Shown here: piece by piece, positions 1-13,300 of the stretch | Numbering within the stretch: the first letter of the stretch is position 1 | Layout: the number at the start of each line of letters is the position of its first letter | Assembly (NCBI GenBank): GCA_963514005.1 | Contig: OY740783.1 | Span: 129,890,001-129,954,000 of the forward strand | Length of the DNA: 64,000 nt | Source: Raja brachyura | Taxonomy: Eukaryota | Direction: 5' to 3' | Notes under the pieces: generated by a model | Databases searched by the model: none | What the model saw: the letters and a program-made list of their open reading frames with translations, nothing else | What the model was told of the DNA's origin: nothing | Translations under genes and position numbers: made by a program

Positions 1-413
1 AGTCCAAAGTCCGGCCCATGCACTCGATGTACTGAAACAGCTTCCGATCCAGGCAAGCCTCCAGGCTGCTGCAGGGACTCCTCCGTCACCCTCGGCCGGC
101 TCGTCCCGTGAACCCTACGTACCTCTCCTCACCCGACTGTGCCCCGGAGGGTGCCTCCTGATACCAACCTCGATGTCTTTGGAGGCCATACCCCAGCCTC
201 ACTCCTACCAGCCCACTCCTCATGTCCGTCATCACCAGTGGGCCCCCCCCCCCTCCTGGTGTTAGCAGAGTTGTTGCCAAACCAAAGTGCTCTGCATCCC
301 AAATAGGATGCTTTCTACAGGGCATTTGTAGAAGTTGGTAAGAGTTGTTGGAGACATGCCAAACCTCTTTCATCTCTGGGGAAGTAGAGGTGTAAGTGCC
401 CTCTACTTCCTAC

Positions 414-582
414 NNNNNNNNNNNNNNNNNNNNNNNNNNNNNNNNNNNNNNNNNNNNNNNNNNNNNNNNNNNNNNNNNNNNNNNNNNNNNNNNNNNNNNN
501 NNNNNNNNNNNNNNNNNNNNNNNNNNNNNNNNNNNNNNNNNNNNNNNNNNNNNNNNNNNNNNNNNNNNNNNNNNNNNNNNNN
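414..582. other. Assembly gap (N run)
   Basis: 169 consecutive N. Confidence 0.99.
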
Positions 583-589
583 CATTTCA

Positions 590-777
590 CATAGTGCTGG
601 AGTAACTCAGCGGGTCAGGCAGCATCTGTGGAGAACATGGATAGGTGACGTTTCACAGAGTGCTGAAGTAACTCAGCGGGTCAGGCAGCATCTGTGGAGA
701 ACATGGATAGGTGACGTTTCACAGAGTGCTGGAGTAACTGAGCGGGTCAGGCAGCATCTCTGGAGAACATGGAGAGG
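590..777 (-). repeat. 66-bp tandem array (about 3 units, runs into the gap), Penelope-terminal-repeat derived
   Basis: Unit agagtgctggagtaactcagcgggtcaggcagcatctgtggagaacatggataggtgacgtttcac. Confidence 0.9.
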
Positions 778-1749
778 TTAATTAGTTTCAGTTATAGTTT
801 TAGAGATACACCACGGAAACAGGCCCTTCAGCCCACCGAGTCCGCACCGACCAACGATCCACACACATTAAGGTCATATGGTCATAAGGAATAGGAGAAG
901 AATTAGGCCATTCGATCCATCAAGCCTGCTCTGCCATTCAATCATGGCTGATCTATCTCTCCCTCCTAACCCCATTCTCCTGCTTTTTCCCCGTAACCTC
1001 TGACACCCGTACTAATCAAGAATCTATCGATCTCTGCCTTATAAATTGCTGTGACTTGGCCTCCACAGCCGTCTATAGCAAAGAATTCCACAGATTCACT
1101 GCCGTCTGACTAAAATTCCTTCTCTTCTCCTTCCTAAAGAACGTCCTTTAATTCTGAGCCTATGACCTCTGGTCCTAGACTCTCCCACTAGTTGAAACAT
1201 CCTCTCCACATCCACTCTATCCAAGCCTTTCAATATCCGGTACCTTTTAATGAGGTCCCCTCCTTATTCTTCATAAAACATTAACACAACCCTATACACA
1301 CTAGGGACAAATTACATTTATACCAAGCCGATTAACCAACAAACCTGCACGTCTTTGGAGTGTGGGAGGAAACCGGAAAACTCGGAGAAAATCCCACGCA
1401 GGTCACGGGGAGATTGTACGGACTCCGTACAGACAAGCACCCATAGTCAGGATCGAACCCGGGTCTCTGGCGCTGTAAGGCAGTAGCTCTATCGCTGCGC
1501 CACCGTGTGCCCGGGTTGGATCGGGATCCTTCTTCAGACGGAAGAACTAAAACTTCACCTTTCCATGTTCTCCAGAGTAGATGCTGATCTGCTGAGTTAC
1601 TCCAGCACTCTGTGACCTTTTGTGCATTAACCATCTGCATCTTGTAGTTTCTATCTTTTTATTTAGTTTACAGGACCAGGGACCCTCTGATAGCTCAGCG
1701 TCAATGGCCTGTCATGATAAGGCTTATCTCACTTTAAAATCATCTTCCA

Positions 1750-2088
1750 GTCTGAAGAAGGGTCCCCTATCCATGTTCTCCAGAGAAGCTGCCTGACCCG
1801 CTGAGTTACTCCAGCCCTCTGTGAAACGTCACCTATCCATGTTCTCCACAGATGCTGCCTGACCCACTGAGTTACTCCAGCACTCTGTGAAACGTCACCT
1901 ATCCATGTTCTCCACAGATGCTGCCTGACCCACTGAGTTACTCCAGCACTCTGTGAAACGTCACCTATCCATGTTCTCCACAGATGCTGCCTGACCCGCT
2001 GAGTTACTCCAGCACTCTATGAAACGTCACCTATCCATGTTCTCCACAGATGCTGCCTGACCCGCTGAGTTACTCCAGCACTCCGTGA
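1750..2088 (+). repeat. 66-bp tandem array (about 5 units)
   Basis: gaaacgtc recurs at 1823, 1889, 1955 and 2021. Preceded by ctgaagaagggtc. Confidence 0.92.
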
Positions 2089-3657
2089 CATTTTGTAAAT
2101 AGAAGGTGCCTGCTTGCTGCCTTAATGTCGGATTGGGTTCACCATTTGAAATTTTCTCATTGCATTTTGCGGAAGTGGAGAATGAGGAAGGAACTCAAAC
2201 TATACCCAAAATATACACTTGGGTCTGTGGGAATTATTATGGGAAAGGAAACTACGCATCTTGTTGAAATGTTTTTTTAATGAATGCCAATGAAACATGG
2301 CTGACATTGCATATTAAAGTCACTATATAATCAAGCATAGAAAACTGGTTAAGTAATCTTTTCCCCAGTGTGGAGATGCCAACAACTAGGGGGCATAGCT
2401 TGTGGTGAGAGTTTAGTTGAGTTTATTGTAACGTTTACCGTGGTACAGTGAAAAGCTTATGTTGTGTGCTAACCAGTCAGCAGTAAAACAGTACATGATT
2501 ACAATTGTGCAGTCCACAGTGTACAGATACATGACAATAGACATTTGGCCCTTCGAGCCAGCAGCGCCATTCAATGTGATCATGGCTGATCATCCCCACT
2601 CAGTACCCCGTTCCTGCCTTCTCCCCATATCCCCTGACTCCGCTATTTTTAAGAGCCCTATCTTGCTCTCCGTGAAAGCATCCAGAGAACCTGCCTCCAC
2701 AGACTCACCACTCTCTGAGAAAAAGTGTTGCCTCGTCTACGTTCTAAATGGCTTACCCCTATTCTTAAACTGTGGCCCCTAGTTCTGGACCCCCCCAACA
2801 TCGGGAACATGTTTCCTGCCTCTTAACAATCTTATATGTTTCAATGAGATCCCCTCTCATCCTTCTAAACTCCAGAGTGTACAAGCCCAGCTGCTCCATT
2901 CTCTCAGCATATGACAGTCCTGCCATCCCGGGAACTCACCATGTAAACCTACGCTGTACTCCCTCAATCGCAAGAAAAATACGGGCCAATAGCATGAATA
3001 GCATGAATAACGTTTAGTGCAAGGTAAAGACAATCCGAGGGCCTCCAATGCGTTTAAAGAAGATGTATGGGGTGAGTTGTTTTACACAGAAGGTGGTGGG
3101 TGTCTGGAACCAGGGGTGGGGGTAGAGGCGGATATGACAATGGTGTTTAAGAGGCTTTTCGATAGGCACATGGATATGCGTGGAATGGAGGGGTGTGGAT
3201 CACATCTAGGCAGAGAAGACGTCTCTTAGCGGCTCGTAACGCTAATGGCAGGTACTCGGGAAACGCTGTAAGCTCGTGAAGACTCGTGAAGATTTTTCAA
3301 CATGTTGAAAAATGTCCACGAGAGCCCCGAGTACCTACGAGCAGCCATTACTGTAATTCTCCGAGTTCAAATCAGGGGAAACTCGGGAGAACTCTTGAAT
3401 TAGCTCGTACAGTGGGACAGGCCCTAAATGCGTCATGCTGACGACAAGGAATCGGAGGGGAAGTGCAACTAGAGCCAGAGATAAAAAAATATTTGCCGCG
3501 TCGCATAGGGGAAGACAACTATTCTTTGTGAGCTTATAAATAGAAAAGGGTAGGATATGACAGCAGGGGCCTCAATCAGGATAAAAAGAGGAACTTACAC
3601 AGGGCTGACATGGACATTGTTAAGTTGCTGATCATGTTCAGCAGCTTGTAACAGTTA

Positions 3658-3891
3658 AGGGCCTGTCCCACTCTCACAACCTAATTCACAACCTTTTTTA
3701 CTCGTGGACTTTGATCATGTTAGCAAAAACGCCCCGACTTACTTGATACCACGAGTACCTACAACTAGCATCACGGCCTGCTATGACTTTCCTACGACCT
3801 TCGACGACCTCGTGACGACCATGCTGCGAGTATGAGTCAAAGGCAAACTCGGCAGAGGCCGGGAATTAGGTCGTGAAAGTGGGACAGGCCT
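3658..3891. mobile_element. Harbinger-type MITE (related copies at 11223-11458 and 55572-56184)
   Basis: GGCCTGTCCCAC...GTGGGACAGGCC TIRs, TWA-like flanks, internal (ctacgac)n. Confidence 0.75.
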
Positions 3892-5758
3892 TAACAGTGA
3901 AGGAGCAGCTGGGCTTGTACACAATGGAGTTGAGAAGGATGAGAGGATACCTCATTGAAACGTATAAGATTGTTAAGGGTTTGGACACGCTAGAGGCAGG
4001 AAATATGTTCTCAATGTTGGGGTAGTCCAGAACCAGGGGCCACAGTTTAAGAATAAGGAGTAAGTCAATTAGAAAGGAGACGTGGAAACATTTTTTCTCA
4101 CAGAGAGTGGTGAGTCTGTGGAATTCTCTACCTCAGAGAGCAGTGGAGGCAGGTTCTCTGGATGCCTTCAACAGTGAGCTAGATAGGGCTCTTAAAAATA
4201 GCGGAGTCAGGGGATATGGAGAGAAGGCAGGAACGGGGGTACTGATTGTGGATGATCAGCCATGATCACATTGAATGGCGGTGCTGGCTCGAAGAGCCGA
4301 ATGGCCTACTCCTGCACCAATTGTCTATTGAGACCCTTCTTCAGATTGTTTTTTGGCTATTGTGGATTGTTGCTTTTCACTTAGTATGGCTGCATGGTAA
4401 CTCAAATATCACTGAACCTTAATTGGTGCAAGTGACAATAGATTTGAACTCGAACTTGAACGAACTTGCCTTACTAACTATTTGTTGGATCTGCCTGTCC
4501 CAAGTAAGTAATCTTGAGGGGATTTGAAGAATAAAGATTTTGCCCGGAATGTGATTAACTCTGGTACTCAGAGAGAGAAACAGATGCTCTCACAATGGTT
4601 CAGAGTACGTTAAACAGCATAGTTTAGAAGACTTCACTAAGGTTATTAATGTCACATGTACTGGTGTGTAGTGAAAAGCTTTGTTTTGCATGTTATCTAA
4701 TCAGACAACACTATACATAAATACTACCAAGTCAAACTCCAGTACAATAGTTAGAGCAAAGGGGAAGATAGTTTGTGTAAATTGTGTTGTGTCTTGTATC
4801 TTTTCTTGTATGACAGCAGAAACCAAATTTCGTTTGAACTTCATTTGAGGTTCAAATGACAATAAACGGTAATGTATTGTATTGTAAGATACAGAGTGCA
4901 GAATATAGTTGTCAGCATTGTAGCGCATCAGTTCCAGAGACAGAGTCCAATGTCCGCAATGGGGTAGAGGAGAATCGGACAGCACCCTAGCTTATGGACG
5001 GACCGTCCAGAAGCCTGATAACAGAGGGATAGAAGCTGTTCCTGAGTCTGGTGGTGCACGCTTTCAAGCTTCTGCTATGGCCACTGTTATCATAGATAGT
5101 AACACAATTAGTATATTAGTGTTAGCATATTAATGTTAACTGTGTCTGAGTCACAGGAAGAGGTTGGCTAGGCTAGGACTTGTTGCTATAGATTTAGTTT
5201 AGTTTATTGCTGGGCCATTGCCTTTTGTGGTTTATATCAACGATTTGGTTGACAACACACAGTGTGATTAGCAAGTTTGCAGATCACACTAAAGTGGGTA
5301 TTTGTAGACGGCAAAGATGGTTATGAAAAATGACGGCAGGGTCTTGATCACTTGGGCTCGTGGGCTGAGGAATGGTTAACGCAGACAAGTAAGTTAATGG
5401 AGTTTAATACATAGGCATTGTCTTTTGAGGATGTCAAACTTGCAGAATCTAAAGAGTGAATGGCATGGAGCTGTGGGGAGTGTTGTAGAACAGAGGGATC
5501 TAGGAGTGTAGGGACATGGTTTCCTGAAAGTGGCAGCACTGATAGATGGTTAAGGAAGGTCTCGGCACTTTGGTTTTCATCAGTTGATATTGTAAGTAAG
5601 TAAGTAAGTAATTTTTATTTATATAGCACTTTTAACTCAAATCACGTTGAAGCCAAGTGCTTTACAGAGAAAAAAAAGTTAGATTATCATACATCCATAT
5701 AAAATAAAATAAAAAGAATATTGAGTTTAGAAGTTGGAAGATTGGGGTACTGTTGTAT

Positions 5759-6411
5759 AATAGACAATAGACAATAGGTGCAGGAGTAGGCCGTTCGGCC
5801 CTTCGAGCCAGCACCGCCATTCAATATGTTCATGGCTGATCATCCCCACTCAGTTCCCCGTTCCTGCCTTCTCCCCATATCCCCTATCTTTAAGAGCCCT
5901 ATCCAGCTCTCTCTTGAAAGCATCTAGAGAACCTGCCTCCACCGCCTTCTGAGGCAGTGAATTCCGCAAATTCACCACTCTCTGTGAGAAAAAGTGTTTC
6001 CTCGTCTCCGTTCTAAATGGCCTACCCCTTATTCTTAAACTGTGGCCCCTGGTTCTGGACTCCCCCAACATCGGGAACATGTTTCCTGCCTCTAGCGTGT
6101 CCAAACCCTTATATGTTTCAATGAGATTCCCTCTCATCTTTCAAAACTCCAGAGTGTACAAGCCCATTTGGCTCCATTCTCTCAGCCTATGACAGTCCCG
6201 CCATCCCGGGAATTAACCTTGTAAACCTACGCTGTACTCCCTCAATAGCAAGAATGTCCTTCCTCAAATTAGAGGACCAAAACTGCACACAATATTGCAG
6301 GTGTGGTCTCACTAGGGCCCTGTACAACTGCAGAAGGACCTCTTTGCTCCTATATTCGATTCCTCTTGTTATAAAGGCCAACATGCCATTCGCTTTCTTC
6401 ACTGCCTGCTG
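5759..6411 (-). mobile_element. CR1 3' fragment inserted into an opposite-strand CR1 fragment
   Basis: RPHLQYCVQFWS and FFSQRVVNL, (gacaata)n tail. The host + strand CR1 continues from 6412. Confidence 0.85.
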
Positions 6412-7099
6412 TAAGAAGTTGGTGAGGCTGCATTTGGAGTATTGTGTTCAGTTTTGGTCACCCTGCTGCAGGAACAATGCAGTTCAGCTAGAAAGAGTGC
6501 AGAGACGATTTACAAGGATGTTGCCGGGACTCAAGGGTCTGAGGTATAGGGAGGGGTTGGGCAAGCTAGGGCTTTAAACTTTGGAGTGCAGGAACCTGCG
6601 AGGTGATCTTATAGAGGTGTATTTTATGATGAGGGGAATAGATGGGGTGAATGCACAGAGTCTTTTACCCAGAATAGGAGGATCAAGAATTAAAGTTGAG
6701 AGGGGAAAGATTTAATTGGAACCCCGACAGGAGCAACTTTTTCACACAGTTGGAACGAGCTGCAAGAGAAGGAAGTTGAGGCAGGTATGCTAACGACTCT
6801 AAAAGGCGTGGACTGCTACATGGATGAGAAATGTTTAGCGGGATAAGGGCCAGGTGGGACTAGAATCATAGAGTGTGGAATCAGGTCCTTCGGCCCAATT
6901 TTCCCATGCTGACCAACATTCCCTGTCTACACTAGTCCCACCTGCCTGCATTTGGCCCATATCCCTCTAAACCTTCCCTATCCAAGTACCTGCCCAAATG
7001 CTTATTAAACGTTGCAGTTGTGCCTGTCTCACCTACCTGTGCTGTATGAGCCTTTGACTCTCTATTTAACCCCTTGCAGTGCCCTCTAATATACAGTTT

Positions 7100-7306
7100 T
7101 GCCTTTTCAATAAGAACCCTGAATTTGTCTCCCACGGTTACAATACAAAGACTCTCTCAGCCCACTACGAAATGACTTCCGGCAGTCTTCAACTAATTTC
7201 TGAGAGCTTAAAGGGAAATGAAGAAACACTCCGAGCGACTTCTGTATTTCAGCGACAAGGAGCTCACAGCAGTGGGTGCGGTGGACACCACACTGAAGTG
7301 TTGGCG
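7100..7306 (+). promoter_or_regulatory. Putative proximal promoter/5'UTR of the receptor gene
   Basis: Non-repeat island upstream of the ATG with an ETS core ACTTCCGG (~7176), an ETS/IRF-like GGAAATGAAGAAAC (~7213) and a RUNX site TGCGGT (~7277). Short motifs only. Confidence 0.4.
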
Positions 7307-7367
7307 ATGTGCTCTCTCCGAGTTTGTCTCTGCACCGTCCTGCTCTCCGTCTCAGTCCACGGTTACC
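7307..7367 (+). CDS. Exon 1, signal peptide [20 protein letters not shown]
   Basis: ATG in a gcgATGt context, 20-aa hydrophobic leader, phase-1 donor GTGAGT at 7368, in a non-repeat island. The link to exon 2 across 18 kb is inferred. Confidence 0.75.
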
Positions 7368-10300
7368 GTGAGTGTTTTCTCTTGACCTGATTCTCTCCTT
7401 GTTGTCGCCACCGGGCTCAGGAACGGGGTGGCACGGTGGTGCAGCGGGTAGAGCCACTGCCTCACAGACCCTGGTTAAATCCTGACCTCGGGTGCTCTCT
7501 GCGTGAAGTTTGCGCGCTTTTCCCTGCGACCGCTTGGGTTTTCTCCGGGTGCTCCGGTTTCCTCCTGCATCCCTAAGACGTGTGTGTTTGTAGGTTAATT
7601 AGCCCTGTATTTTGTCCCTGGTTTGTAGGGACTGGTTGAGAAAGTGGAATAATGTTGAACCAGTGTGAACGGGTGGTCGATGGTTAGCATGGACTTAGTG
7701 GGCTGAAGGGCCTGTATCCGTGTTGGATCTCTAAAGTTAAAGCAGGCTCTCACTCAGTACATCAACAACACCCCGTACGTTGTGTAGCTCTGTGGTTAAT
7801 AATTCCTGCAATAACTTTAGGGTGTGATAGAGTTGCTGCCTTACAGCGCCAGAGACCCGGGTTTGATCCTGAGCTTGGGTACTGTCGGTATGGAGTTTGC
7901 ACGTTCTCCCCTTGACCACAACGTACTTCCTCTGGGTGCTCCAGTCTCCTCCCACACTCCAATGATGCGTGGGTTTTGTATGTTAATTGGCTTCTGTAAA
8001 TTGTCCCTAGTGTGTAGGATAGAAGAGTCTATGGGTGATCACTTGGTTGGCCGAATGGCCTGTTTACATCCTGTTTCTCTAAACTAAACTCCTCTGAAAC
8101 CGCTCCCGTCCAGCAGAAGGTACAGAAGCTTCAAAGTGCGCACCACCAGACTTAGGAACAGCTTCTTCCCCTCTGTTATCAGGCTTCTGAATGGTCCTTC
8201 CATGAGCTAGGGTGCTGTCTGATTCACCTCTACCCCATTGCGGACATTGGACTTTGTCTCTGGAACTGATGCGCTACAATGCTGAGAACTTTATTCTGCA
8301 CTCTGTATCTTCCCCTTTGCTCTACCTATTGTACTGGAGTTTGCCTTAATTGTATTTATGTGTGGTATTATCTGATCTCATTGGATAGTGTGCATAACAA
8401 AGCTTTGTACTGTACCTCGGTACACGTCACAAGAATAAGCCCAGAGATACCAATAGGCTGCTCTGGAAGGGCTAGATCGCATGGGATCCTAGGGGAGGTG
8501 GCTGAATGGTTAGAAAATTGGCTTTGTTGTTTGTTATCGATATCAATGATTTGGATTGATTGGGGATGATCAGCCATGATCACTTTGAATGGCGGTGCTG
8601 GCTCGAAGGGCCGAATGGCCTACTCCTGCACCTATTGTCCATATTGGATGAGAGCGTACAAGGCACGATTAGCAAGTTTATAGATGACACAACATTGGTG
8701 GTATTGTAGATTGTGAAGATGGTTGTCAGAAATTGCAGCAGGATCTTCATCGGTTGGGCGGGTGGGCTGAGGAATAGTTGATGGAATTTAATGCGGAGAG
8801 ATGTGAGGTGTTGCATTTTGGGAGAACTGACAAAGGCAGGACCTACGCAGTGATGGGTAGATCTCCGGGGAATGTGGTGGAGTAGAGGGATCCAGGAATG
8901 CAGGTACATAGTTCCTTGAAAGTGATATATAAAGTAGATAGTTCGGTCAAAGAGGCTCTTGGCACATTGGCCTTCATCAGTCAGAGTAAGAAGGTGTAGT
9001 GTAGAAGGTGGGAGGTCATGTGACAGTTACACAAGACGTTGGTGAGGCCACATTTAGAGTGTTGTGTTCAGGTTTTGTCACCATGTTATTTGAAAGATGT
9101 TGCCAAGCTGGAACGGGTGCAGCGAAGATTTACCAGGATGTTGCCAGGACTCGAGGGGCTGAGCTTTCGGGAGAGGATGGCATCATGTTCAGCACAGATA
9201 TTGTGGGCCTGAGCAAGATGACTACGTTGGGAAATCTAAACATTAGACGCAAGGACCTGCAGTTACTGGTTTACCAAAATGGACATAAAGTGCTGGAGTA
9301 ACTCAGTGGATCAGGCCACATCTTAGTTCCGTTTGGTGTAGAGATACAGCATGGTATCAGGTCTTCTGGCCCACCAAGCCCTGCCCTGACCAGCAATCAC
9401 CCATTCACACTAGTCCTATCCTACACACTAGAGACAATTTACACAGGCCAATTATCCTACACACCTGCATGTGGGTGGAAACCGGAGAAAACCCAGGCGG
9501 TTACAGGGAGAACGTGCAAACTCTGTATAGTCAGCACCCACAATCAGGATCAAACCCAGGTCTCTGCTGCTGTGAGGCAGCAACTCTACCATCAGTTCAC
9601 TGTGCCATCTCTGAAGAACATGGGCAGGGGACGATCCGGGTTGGGACTCTTCTTCCTGGTGCTTTGCGATAAACGCTGTCTCAGGGCATCAGTTGAAAGG
9701 CACTGAACAACAAAGTTTCTGTACAGCATCACAGATTGATTACAGCCTGGAAAGAGGCCATTCCTCCCATTGTGATCGTACTGGCTCACTGCAAAAGCAA
9801 TCTAGCCACGTCAGCCTCCCGCTCAATTCTGCTGGTGAGGTCTCTACCTCTGCCCCCCCGGTGGAGGGGTAGACATCACGGCCCTCGACAACAGCACATT
9901 GAAGTGGCGACAGCGCCTGGAGGCCGCTACATAACCTCTACTGCCTCAAAGGCACGAAGAGGAATCCTGCTCATTCTTCTTTTGCAAATACGTAGGCAAT
10001 TCTTTCGTAAATGTGACGTTGAGTCCGCCTTAACTTTGCTTCTGCTATGTGATTGCCTCGTGTACCTAGATTCAGTGAAAACCTATGTTTTGTGCTATCC
10101 TTAGTCATAGAGAGAGGAAACAGGCCCTTCAGCTCAACTTGCCAATGCCGAGCATCGTGCCCCATCTGCACTAGTCCCATCCGCCTGCGTTTGGCCCATA
10201 TCCCTCTAAATCTTTCTGATCCAGGAACTTGTCCAAATGTTTCTTTAAACGTTGTGATAATACCTGCCTCAACTACCTCCTCCAGCAGATCATTCCACAA

Positions 10301-13300
10301 ACCCACCACTCTTTGTGTTTAAAAATAAATGCCCATCAGGTTCATATTGAATCTTTCCCTCCTCAACTTAAAACTATGTCCTCTGGTTTTTAATTCCGCG
10401 ACTCTGTATAAAAAAACTCTGGGCATTCCATTCCTCTCATGATCTTACCCACCTCTGCAAGATCCTCCTACAAAGTCCTACAAGTCAAGTCAAGTCAAGA
10501 GAGTTTATTGTCATGTGTCCCAGATAGGACAATGACATTCTTGCATTGCTGCTACACAACAGGATATTGTAGTCATAAATACAGATCAGATCAGTGTGTC
10601 CATGTACCATAGAATATATATATATACACACATCAGCAAACAGATAAAGTGCAATAGGCTGTTATAGTTCATAGTTTGTTTGAAGTTGTGTTTAATAGTC
10701 TGATGGCTGTGGGGAAGTAGCTATTCCTGAACCTGGATGTTGCAGATTTCAGGCTCCTGTACCTTCTACCTGAAGGCAGCGGGGAGATGAGTGTGTGGCC
10801 AGGGTGATGTGAGTCCAAGATGATGCTGGCAGCCTTTTTGAGGCAGCGACTGCGATAGATCCCCTCAATGGTAGGGAGGTCAGAACCGATGATGGACTGA
10901 GCAGTGGTTACGACTTTTTGCAGCCTTTTCTGCTCCTGGACGCTCAGGTTGCCGTACCAAGCCATGATGCAACCGGTCAACATGCTCTCTACTGTGCACC
11001 TGTAGAAGTTCGAGAGTCCTCCTTGACAAACCGACTCTCCGTAATCTTCTCAGGAAGTAGAGGCATGATGATACAATACATGAATACAATTAAGCCAAAC
11101 ACAAGTACAAAGAGAAAAATACCCAGTGCAGAATATATTGCTGCAGGATTACAGTTACAGAGAAAAAGTTGCAAAGTCTGCAATGTGGTAGGTTGGAAGA
11201 TCAAAACTACGCTCTAACAAGGAAGGGTCCCCACTTTCATGACCTCATTCACGACCTTTTTTTACTCATGGACATTTTTCATCATGCTAGAAAAACGCCT
11301 CGACCTACTTGATGCCACGAGTACCTACGACTAGCATCACAACCTGCTACGACCTACCTACTACCTCCTACGACCTCGTGATGACCATGCTTCGAGTATG
11401 AGTCAAGGGCAAACTCAGCAGAGGTCGTGAATTAGGTCGTGAAAGTGGGACAGGTCCTTCATTCTCGTAAACGCAGAGCACCTTGTTTCATGCTGAGGGG
11501 AACAGGTCCTTCGGGACATGGTGTCTGTGCCGAACAAGATGCTGAATCAAACTAATCCCCTCTGTCTGCACATATAACCCTCCATATCCATGGGCCTATC
11601 TAAAAACCTTGTAAACAGGGCTGTGGAGTCGATACCCAAAGCATCCGACTGTGTCCGACTCCTTGATTTCCTGTGTATCCGACTCCGACTACGATCCCTA
11701 GAGATAATAACTCTAAATCTGCTATGATGCCATTACACAAGATTGCATTTCACAAGAACTATATGAATCATCAGGCTACCTTTTAAACCCATGTCCTGAA
11801 AGTTTTGAGTCTAATCATTGTGGTTATGCTATTGTGGCTTTTCTGATTGTTTATTCTTGAATAAAACAGAATTCATTATTCTGCTAAAAGTGGCGTTTAC
11901 AACTTACAAGTTGTAAACGGCACTACCGTATCTGCTTCCACCAACCACCCCCTGGCAGTGCGTTCCAGGCACCCACCGCCCTCTGGGTAATAAAACTGTC
12001 CCCACACATCTCCTTTAAGCTATGCCCTCGCTACTAGCCTCCCTGTAGACTTGGGACTGTGCAGCTAAACTATGCCCTAACTTCATCTACAAGTTTGCAG
12101 ATGATTCCACTGTGGTGGGACAGATCACAAACAGTAACAAGCTGAAGGACAGGAAGGAAATAGAGATCTCAGTGAAGGTGTCAAGTCAAGCCAACATCCT
12201 CTCCCTCTCTGCCTTTGATATTTCCACATTGGGGGAAAAATAAAATTCTGTCCCAGCTATGCCTCTCATAATTTTATATACTTTCAGGTCTTCCCCTCAA
12301 CCTCCGATGCTCCAGAGAGAACACTCCAGGTCTGTCCAACCTCTCCCTGTAGCTAATTACCACTCGCCCATGCATCATTCTGGCTAACTTCTGCACTGAG
12401 AAACCTCCACATCCTTGCTATAATGGGGCAACAAAACCTATACGCAACACTCTAAATGTGGCCGAACCAAAGTCTGATAAAACTTCAAATTCATCTCTGT
12501 ACTGACCCAAATGATTGCATTCATAACGTTGCCCCCTGCTTGATAATCTCTCCATGTTATTGTGCAAGGATCTTAGAAATTAAAGCCAAATGAGGCCATT
12601 TTGTCAGTCCTGCCATGCAATGCGATCTCCAACTTCAGTGCATTTAGATTCATACAGCACGGTAAAAAAAGGCCCTTTGGCCTAACTTGCCCACGCCAGC
12701 CAACATGCCCCATCTTGTGCACCACGGTGGCGCAGCGGTAGAGTTGCTGCCTCACAGAGCCAGAGACCCGGGTTCGATCCCGACTACGGTTGCTGTCTTT
12801 ACGGAGTTTTACGTTCTCCCCGTGACCCCGTGGGTTTTCTCCGAGATCTTCGGTTTCCTCCCACACTCCAAGGACGTGCAGGTAAGTAGGTTCATTGGCT
12901 TGGTGTATGTGTAAATTGTCCCTAGTGTGTGTAGGGTAGTGTTAATGTGCGGGGATCGCTGGTCGGTGCGGACTCGGTGGGCCAAGGGGCCTGTTTCCGT
13001 GCTGTATCTGTAAACTAAAACTAAACTACAATAGTCCCACCTGTCGTAGTTTTACCCATATCCCTCTAAACATTTCCTATCCATTAACCTGTCTAAATGT
13101 CTCTTAAATATTGTTATAGTACCTGCCTCAACTGCTTCCTCTTGCAGCTCGTTCCATACACCCAGCACCCTTTGTAAAAACATTGTCCTCAGGCTCCTAT
13201 TAAATCATTCCCCCCTCACCTTAAACTTATGTCCTCCCTCTGGTTCTTGATTCCCCTCTGGGTGAAAGACTGTGCATCCTCCCTATATATCCCCCCCATA

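Noticed and set aside
1750-2088. Regular repeats resembling a CRISPR array
   Set aside because: Head-to-tail 66-bp units with no unique spacers, no cas genes, and a vertebrate context
12722-12800. tRNA genes
   Set aside because: The A/B boxes are heads of HE1-like SINEs that continue into the SINE body and LINE-like tail
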